This document shows, piece after piece, positions 55,601 to 64,000 of a stretch of DNA of 64,000 nucleotides. How positions within the stretch are numbered: the stretch's first letter is position 1; every line of letters begins with the position of its first letter. The translations under genes and the position numbers were made by a program. Where the stretch lies: contig CAUYUJ010000103.1 in the NCBI GenBank assembly GCA_963575745.1, positions 1 through 64,000 on the forward strand, written 5' to 3'. The notes under the pieces were generated by a model. The model was not told the DNA's origin. It searched no databases and saw only the letters and a list, made by a program, of their open reading frames with translations. Source of the stretch: Prorocentrum cordatum (lineage: Eukaryota).

Positions 55601-58600
55601 GCCGCTTTTCTTTGATCTCCCTTCCATTTGTATAAGCTCACAGCCTCCCCCTGCTTCATACAGCATGGCTCACGTCCAACGAGATTCGTCTTCATTCGGA
55701 CAGGATAGTATACTCTCGCCAAGCCTGCAGGGTCTGCGAGATACAGATCATTTAGTCCAGCGGCCTTGCCTCTCTGGAGTCGTCCAAGTGCTCTCTGTAG
55801 CTCTTGGCTCGGCATGACGTTGTCCAACTGCCTAGTCTCAGTTGGCTTCAGTACGGTTCCTCTTCCGCTATATTGCTGAACGATCTCGGCTCTAGTGGCA
55901 GGCGCGGCTTTCTCTATTTCCCCGATGTGTTTTTGAAGATCATTGGCGTCCTCCTCAGGGGTGACGAGCGGGATGCCTTCAGGGGGAACTCTTAGGGGAA
56001 ATCATGGGTTCCTTGTGCCTTTTAACCCCCAGGTGTGAGCAGTTGCCTAGCTAGCTTCCACCCCGCCTGCGGAACATTGCCATCGATAGTTACATCGATT
56101 TGTTATGCTTGCTTTTCCAGATATCTGATGTAATCAAGATCCAGTGCCTTCAGGAGGTGCTCGCTTGACTCTTAAATGAATCTAGCCACGCCCAGCACCA
56201 TCTCCTCTGGTTCCCTCTTTTTCGACAGGAAGTCGCCTGCCATCTTTTTCAGCTGCGTCAAGCTGTGGCCCATACGAGTCCAGAATTCTCCAGAGAAGGC
56301 GCCAACGTTCTGCCCTGCAGTGTGCAAATCTCCTCCCGTGACGCTGTATACTACAAAAAAGACGCTGTTCACATGTTGTGCGATACCACCTTGTCTTCTG
56401 ACTTTCTGCAACACTCTCTGTATGCTCCGACGCTCTCGAATTAGCCAAAACGTGGAGTCTTCTATGTACGGCTTCCTAGCTCGCACCGGCTCTTTAGCAA
56501 AGGCTGCTCTTGCAGCTTGGTCATTCTCGGCATTCGCAGACTCCGGATGTTGGTTGAGTTCCGTGTTCCAGCTCGGAAGGTCAATCTTCGAAATTCTCTC
56601 TGTGAAGTCCTTAATGCAATCGGGGTCGCTCATCTTCCTGGGGTCCAGCCTACTGTTACTTCTAGTTTTTCTCGCAACGTTTCTCGTCCACTGGAGCCTC
56701 GCCATGACAGGAAAACGATCATCAGCCTTTCTGACCAAGTCGATCCCGTGATCGGCCTCAACCTCAATCATGGCCGCAAAGGTCAGCTCGTCACAAATGA
56801 TAAATTGTATTCTATGCCTGCTTCCCGTCTTGTTGGCTACGAAGGTGTAATCCTCCTCCTCCCCAAGAAGCGTTTTGGCAGCCTTTAGCTTGTTTTCGTT
56901 TAGCCAATTCTTTTTGCTTGGTGCTCCCCGCCGACAGAGTCCCACGGGTCCCTTTCTTGCCCGCCACGTCGGATTTCCCCTTTCTCCCTCAAGATGGCAG
57001 TTCCCATCTACAAAGCACAGTGGCGGTTCCCATCGCTCAGTCACTCCTTCTAGGTCTGCCCAAAACTTACACTTCTCATCAGCACTGTTGGCAGCATGTG
57101 GTATATATATAGTACCATGACCGTTATGGCGAAGCCTGATGCATCAAACTTGAACGCCAAGGTGCGTGGGGATCGTCACAAAATCCGAATGTGCTGCTTG
57201 CAAAACACCAGCGGCTTTCCTTGTTATCCTGCCATACGGTGTGGCTACATTTACCAAGAGCTCGCATCCTCGCCCAAAGTTCTCATGCCCCCCTGCAAAG
57301 CATATCCAGTCCCCAGCTCTCCTCGTTCCTTGTTCATTCCTCCCCTCGTGTACTCCTAGCACGTGTATCCCTTGTTGGACATCTGAGACCTGCTGGCTGC
57401 TGCTCGCCTGGCACGGTTGCGCCCTCGTGCCCCGCGCCTGAAATTTTGGCGCATGGACTGCACATTGAAACATGCAATTCTTTCTCATGTCCACAGCAGC
57501 AGCAACTGTGGCTCTGGCTTGGCTTGTCTGCCCTCGAGCTCTCCCCCTCCGTCGGTGGCGCAAGCTGGCAAACCAGCTTCAATAACAAGCCTGCCATCGC
57601 AAAAAGAAAAGATGGGGTACGAATGAGCGTCCCGGTCAAGAGTGGCTGCCCACTCCCACAAACGCGAGTTCTCAAACCTTATTGCTTGGACCCAGCTTTC
57701 AGGAAGCTCTCGTGTCAAGGGGAGGAGGTTCGTTGCCGTAGCCTTAGCTATATTTTCTGCGAGTATGTTCCACGGATGCTCATCGTGTGCTTTGACGTGT
57801 GCTATGTGTATGTCACTCTTGGTGGTGCAAATATCCCAGGCCACCTGAACTAGCTTCGCAATTTGGAGGTCCGATGCTGGCAGTCCTGTCCCTGCTGCTG
57901 TTCGGATTGTACTGAGTGAGTTGCTGTCTACTGTGATCGGGCATTGAGGTCTCTCAGCTATCGCCCACATGAGCGTCCACAGAACAGCCAAGCATTCCAG
58001 CGTGGTGCTTGTCGCCACTGATGGCACCAGCCCCATGGCATTGCTGCCCGCAAGTTCCCCTCTCAGCACCCCTCCATACGTGTACTCTCCTCCCCTCTCT
58101 GTAATCTTTACTACTGCCCATGCCCCCTTCCCCTCCCCTCTCTGATACAGGGAGCCGTCCGTGAAACAGTGGATGGCAGTGGCCTCGCCGACCGTGTCGG
58201 AGTGAAGGTAGGCTTTTAGCGCTGCCTTGGCCTCCTGCTCCAGCAGGCCTGCAGACCTGAGATCCGCAAGCCTCACGAGCTCACATGCAACTCGATCTGT
58301 TGCAATCTCTCCTTCAAACATGGGTAATGCTTGCTCACTTAGCTTCGCCGAGGCCCCTGCATGTGAACCTCTGTTGGCCTGCACAGGAGCCCGCTCACTG
58401 GACGACTCACTCGCTTCGCACGCCCTGGTCACAGTTGCCGTGGGAGAGACCACTTGTCCCGACATCTCTCCGTCAGCACATGTACCGGCCGCTTGATTTC
58501 TCTCCGTTGGTCGGCCGCCGTCCATCCTCGAATCAAGGCTTGTAGTATGTCTAATTGAAATTCGACTCCCAGCTCTGGATATAACGTCTCTGCCTCCCAA

Positions 58601-60600
58601 AATCGATTCAGGTTCTGGGGAGCCTTTACTTGGTCCCAGGTGTTTTAATTCAGTGTCATTATTTTCTAAGTCTGTTGCCCAGCTCACCTGCTTTCTCACG
58701 CGCCGCCCAAGGCTACCTTCTTGGCGATCTTGTGGGCTGGGCTGCGCACCTCCTCGTCTGTAGTGGCTGGTCCGCTCGGTGTCGCGCTTGCCTTTGTCGC
58801 TGCCGTGGACCCTGGTCCCGCCATTGCCCGTTCGCAGGCACCCTCGGCTGCGGCACAGGCTGCCTCTATCCTGGCCACCTCGTGCTCGAGCTGCGACGAC
58901 GTCATCTGTGAGATGTCCGTCTCCTCCTAACGCGTTGCTGTAACTGACTCTGTCGGTGCCGCTGCCGCCAGGTACGGGTCCTCCTGCGTCGTGGCGTGCA
59001 TCGGCTTTGTTGGGGTGATGGGCGTTGCTCGCTGCAGTGGCGGCGGCGGCTGAAAAGGCTGTGTCGGTACCCATGGCCTCGGCGTTCCTCCCATCGCCGC
59101 AGGCTCGGTCGGCGTGCATAAGTTGACTTCGTCCCGCCATGGTGGTGACGTGCGCTGCCCTGGCTTTATACTCGATGGCGTCGGCTGTGGTGGCATCTTC
59201 TGGGGAGTTGCCGTGCCCCAAACTCCTGCTGGCGTCGACACCCCTCCCGATGTAGCTTTGCCCATTGGCGTGAGTGGCTCTGTCACCCCACCATCGCCTG
59301 TCTGCGGCCCCGCCGCTGCTGCAGTAAACCCCACCGATGCGGCAGCTGGCTGCATCTGGTTCGGCACGTTGGTCGTAGCCTGGTGATGGATCCACTGCAG
59401 CATGGAGGTCACGATGCCGTCCTGCCTCTGCTGCCGCTGGTTGATCTCGCTGATGAGGTTCATCATCTGCTGGTTCTGCATCAGGTGCTGCTCCATGGCC
59501 GTCGGCGCTGGCGCTGCTGGCTGCTGATGGGCGTGCTGGACAGCATCCCCTGCCTGGGTGGGCGCGGCTGCGGCAACTGATGCCGCTGCGCCTACTGTCC
59601 CCGCACCCGCCGTCGCTGCCGCAGCCGCTGCCTGCTGCATCCACTGCTGCTGCGCCGTGAGCGGGATCTGCTGGTGCATCGAGCCTGCAACGCCCCACAT
59701 GTACTGCGGCTGTGGTCCCAACGGCCAAGTCAATCCACCGGACGCATACGATGGCCCAGTTGACGATGCCATTCCATGGTTCGCAGGTTCGCCACCACCT
59801 GCGTATATTTGCTCGTCCTCCTTGTCGTCTGGCATCTCTAGCGACTCGTTCATGCAACTCTCCAGCTGATCTAACTCTATCTCGATCTCGCGTTCCTGAT
59901 CTCGTAGATCTCGTACTCTGGCTTGTGTTGCTATCAGTCGATCTCTCGCTTTGTCCTGCTTGAACTTTCTCTCGTCCTTCTGTTTCCCCACCGTGAGCAA
60001 CGCAGTGAGGCACGGCTTTTCACCATCAGCTCCATGTCGTGTTGCTTCGCGTCCTCCTCTTTGGCCGCCCGTCTGGCCAAGATGGCCATGCTGGCGATGT
60101 CCTTCATCTTGTTCTCTGCCTCGATCCCGGACGAGCTGAGGTCTGTTGCCCTCGCTGGGGGCGGGCAGTACGCACTGTGCGTCTTGGCCGCCCTGTGTGG
60201 CATGGGCGGGAGCTTCAGAATGTAGCTTCGGATATTGTTCTCCTGCTGCTGCTTCTCTTTGCCTCCGCTCGCACTTCTTGTTCTCTGGCCGCTTGGACGT
60301 GATTGCTGATTACAGTACTGGCCGCATAGACAGCGATTGTGATAGTTCTTCACATTCCTCGAACAGTTCTGGCATCTCCAGGTCATAGACATCTTTCTGA
60401 CACTCTCTTGCGCAGAATGATGAGCTGCCAGTCTTTGGTATGCGCTGTCTATCGCCACCAGAAGCCGTGCTTGGTGACGCTTTGCCCTCTCCCTGCGATG
60501 CCTTGCAGGCTCGCGGGGGGCAAGAAGAGAGTCAGGCCTGTGGGTTCGAAAAGAGAGGGATTGCAGTCTCGGATGTGTCCTGTGGATCTCAGGCCAAACC
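52640..60600 (-). mobile_element. Near full-length decayed LINE: Zn-ribbon/coiled-coil ORF1, RNase H, APE, RT, C2H2-like fingers, degenerate DNMT-like domain
   Basis: ORF1: WRCQNC...RCLCG (~60320-60380). RNase H: HCFTDGS (58151-58174), TLECLAV, VDSNS, HVKAH..HPWN. APE: GVHEGR (~57345), VDGN, RIQFI, DDRFPV. RT: GKAAG, QRGG, FLDLTAA, RPG, SFADDL (54974-54997). Zinc region at ~53800-54010. Confidence 0.88.
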
Positions 60601-63149
60601 CTCTCCTCTTCCTCTTCTTCCTCCTCCTCTTCCTCCTCGTTCCTCTAGACGTATCACCAAGAGGTCTTGGAGCCTTTTCTCGTCTTCTTTTTTGATTTAC
60701 GCTTTCGTGAAGCTGTAGCCGGTGCTGATGAGCGGGCGCGCCAGGCTCACTTTGGAATCGAGTGGATTGAGCCGATGCGCCTCGGGCCAGCCCTGCTTTT
60801 GCTGTTGTCCGATGCGGCTTCGTGGACGGCTCACTGCCGTAATTGCTTGCGAGGCCTTACGGCCAACAGGTAATTGTGTCAGCAGCGATTCGCCGAGCGC
60901 TGCCAGGACCTTTCGCCGTTACGTCTGTTGTGCAGCGAGGGCCGCGGGACACTGCTTCATCGTCGAGATAGGTGCCTGGCACACGCCGCGTGGCGCAGGG
61001 ACTGCCTTGACTCTGACCTGGAGGCGGCGTCGGTCATCGTGTCGGACTTGTCCCCACGGGCCCTGGAGCTTTTTGCTCGCGGGATCCTGCCTGAACCGAC
61101 CTGCTGGTTCAGGGACCCGCCTGACCCTGCCTCGGATTCGGGCTGCGGGATGGGCGGTGGTTGTGACGGGCGGATCTGGGGTCGTGAGCCCCGCAGCGCT
61201 GCCCCCAACCAGGTTCCTTTTGAGGGTGAGGATTTCACCATTGTTTACCTCGTTCGCCACGCTGTGGTCTCGCCTGGAATCAACCTTCATGTCGGTTGCT
61301 GTGGTACGGCCGATCTGGCCCGCGATCCGTAAAATCTCCGGTCGCACCTCTTGCAGCATGTGCGCGCAAAGTTGGACGAAGTTCGCCCACAAGGTGAATG
61401 CTCACTGCTCTAAGCGGGACTCGCTGGAAGAAATTGAAACGCCTCCAGTTGCTGGGCAACCATGCCGCGGATTCGTTTGCGGAAAATGGTGCCGAGCTGA
61501 GTAGGCTCGCCCATCAGGACCTCCTTATGATGAGGGTTGGCATGACATGACCCATCTTGTTTCCAATTCCGCGGCTGTGCAGGAGGCTCGGATCGGTAAT
61601 TCGAAGGCGTTTGACCCCGTGAGTCGAGCCTGGATTGGCCCAAGCAGGTTGACCTCTACCTTGACCCTGCCCTCCATCGTCGTCCTCTTTGTGTCGGAGA
61701 GTGGTGGGAGGGGCGGGGCGGAGCGGGGGCTGTCAAACGACGACACAGGATGAGTTGGCTTCGAGGAAGGTGACACATTTTCTCAGGCCCCTTTCGAAGC
61801 CCGTCGCCAGGTCCTCGAAGGTGACAATCTCTTGCTCCAGGGTCTCGAGTCCATGTTGTCGGTTTCTTTCGCCTTAGTTAAGCAAGCCTCGTCTTGGTAT
61901 GGTGTGGCCGCCAAGGGTAACCGTCAGGAGGAGGCAAACAGTCGTGCAGCCCAATCCCGCCAGGACCATCGAACGAGGCTCGATCAGCTGACGTTCTTGA
62001 GCCAGCATCAGGTTGAGCAGAGATCCCGTGTCCCCTGGCGTAGCCCCTGGATGCCGGAATGTTTTTTTTTTTCCGGTCTGAGTGTCGCGGTTTGTTTTCT
62101 CAGATCGATTCTTCCCATCGGTTGTTCTTCCGCGGGGTGTACCAGTGCCAGCTCTGTGGGGGGACTGGCGCCCTCACTCGAGGTAAGCTCCAGAAACTTG
62201 GCCGAGCCTTGTACCCTTGTTTTTTTCCGCCCATGGGAAATTTGTTTTAAGCTTTTTGGTTTCAAGGAATATCCCTTCATATTTCAGGGCTTGGTGTGAT
62301 TGATCGGTGAAGGCTGGGTCGCCTCCTGTCGCGGCCTCTCGCGGTGGGGTGGAACCTCCAGCCTGGGATGACAAAGACCGCAGCCCAGTTTTGTCCTCCC
62401 CTCTTTGTCGGGTACCCCCATTGGGCCCTCCGCAGGCCAGCGCGAGGTTGAGAGGAGGATTGATGGATGGAACGGCCCTGAGGAGAGGGTCTCGCGAGAA
62501 GCGAAAAACAGGATGCTGCGGCCGTCAGGCCATTTTTACTGGTCCCAGGCCGGGGGTGCCATCCCACCTGGGCACTACGACAGGCCACTACCGCACCCTC
62601 AGCAAAGCCGCCAGGCTTCTCGAGCCTTCTCCGAGAGGAGGTGTAATGGCGAGGGCAGGTATAGAGGTGCGGAGCGGGAGCAGATGGGCCGAGCTGGGGA
62701 TCAGCGGAGAGGCCACGGTCGGCCTGCTGACCCCGCAGACAGAGAGCCCCCGCAGGTCGGACATGTGTTCCAGCCGCGCCCCCGCCGACTGCCACCGGGT
62801 GCCCTCCGTGCTCCACGCCCGCGGCCGCGGCGCCCCTGGACGTCCTGTCGTTCCTGGCCGCGCGCCCCTAGCTGCTTCGGGGGTTCCCCCAGAGAACGTG
62901 GCCGCGTCCAGTCGGCATCCTCCGCTCCGCATCCTCTGGGCTTTGCCTCCCCTGCTGTCCTTCGCGCTCTCTCTTGCCCCTCTCCCCCCTGCCTTCCCTC
63001 ATTCACCCTCCACCTCCATCTCTCCCTCCGTCTCTGCTCCTTGTCGAAGATGCCTACGGCGACCTTTTGGAAGCGCGTGTGCAGTGAAGTGTAGAGCGAG
63101 AGTGCGGCCACACTAGTGGACTGCGTGTCCCCCCGGGGGGAACACTGGG

Positions 63150-63275
63150 GAGGGGCCCTCTGGGGCCGTTTTGGGTTGTTTGGGGAGCTCTGGGTTCGGG
63201 TCTTTTGGGCTCTCTTGGCGACCTCTCAGGACCCTCTTGGACCATCTTGGGGTCATCTGGGGCCGTCTCAGGGCG
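63150..63275 (+). repeat. Short TCTTGG/GGGCC-family fragment
   Basis: Same degenerate units as 1-470 and ~14015-14600. Confidence 0.6.
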
Positions 63276-64000
63276 CCCTGCCGCACTCACGGTGCCCGTG
63301 TATCTTACCGCCTCAGCAGGGGAGCAGCTCATGCTGCCAGGGGCTCCCCAGGGCTTGCCGCGGTGGCAGCGGGAGCTTCTTGAGCATAAGCCCTGCCAGA
63401 CCTGTGAGACTCCAGGGACCAGAACTCTCCGCGCGTCTGTGGGAATGGGCTCTTAGCCGCAGGCAGGGCCTCCAACTCGAAGGTGTCCCCGCCCAGCAGG
63501 CCACAGAGCTCTGGCGGGTGCTGTTTGGTTCACAAACCATTGTGCGCTCTCCGCAGCGCGCGTGACACCCATTTTGCGCCATCGCTCGGCGGTGAATAGG
63601 TACAGCTTGGTGCAAATAGCCTGCGTTGTGGGAGGATGAATGACGCAGATGGCTGCGGCTGGTGTGTATGTGTGTGTATGCCCAGCCCGTCTAAATCAGC
63701 TTCGCACCCCAGCAATTTTTTTCCTGACACGCGAGTTAGCTGCACAACTTCCCAGAAGTGCCGAACGCAGCCTGCGCAGGTTTTCAGCTGCATCCGAACG
63801 CTTGCCGTGTCTTTCTTCGCCGCTTTTGTTGCTAGCGCGCCTCAGCCTCCAGGTCCTTTTCGTCGCTGACGTAGTCGGCCAGATCAGAAACGTATATAAG
63901 ATAGACGTCGTCCTGGTCTCTTCGACCAGCGCATCCTCGAGCTCGTCGTCCAGGTCATGGGCTTTTATGGTGCCCATCGTAAAGCGCATCTGGGCTCTGT

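Noticed and set aside
60650..64000. Protein-like minus-strand fragments (60919-61392, 61700-62010, 63696-63989)
   Set aside because: They are short and interrupted with no recognisable motif. They may be decayed element or gene pieces but cannot be called.

Overview
Eukaryotic, GC-rich, repeat-dense DNA that looks dinoflagellate. The evidence is GC/GA-donor introns with AG|G junctions, degenerate spliced-leader (DinoSL, CCGTAGCCATTTTGGCTCAAG) relics ahead of genes and LINEs, and LINE architectures typical of the group. Most of the ORF track is noise from microsatellites and GC-rich repeats. The window has three zones. (1) 1-19 kb: dispersed and tandem repeats, a small MITE, a LINE 3' fragment and a near-perfect 1,391-bp tandem duplication. 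(2) ~19.2-40.3 kb: a comparatively intact block of four co-oriented genes, namely a multi-exon hAT-superfamily DDE transposase with a Cys-rich C-terminus, a small zinc-knuckle ORF, an intronless DNA cytosine-5 methyltransferase preceded by a ~33-copy dyad-symmetric minisatellite, and a multi-exon protein with a ParB/Srx-like N-terminus and an HeH/Rho-N-like motif. (3) 40.4-60.6 kb: three decayed LINEs, one with RNase H upstream of the endonuclease and a degenerate C-terminal DNMT-like domain. The main candidate for a novel system is zone 2, a possible giant hAT-type DNA transposon carrying a DNA-methylation module. I could not find its terminal inverted repeats or target-site duplication by eye, so its status as one mobile unit is an inference. 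All exon boundaries were called by eye and are approximate.
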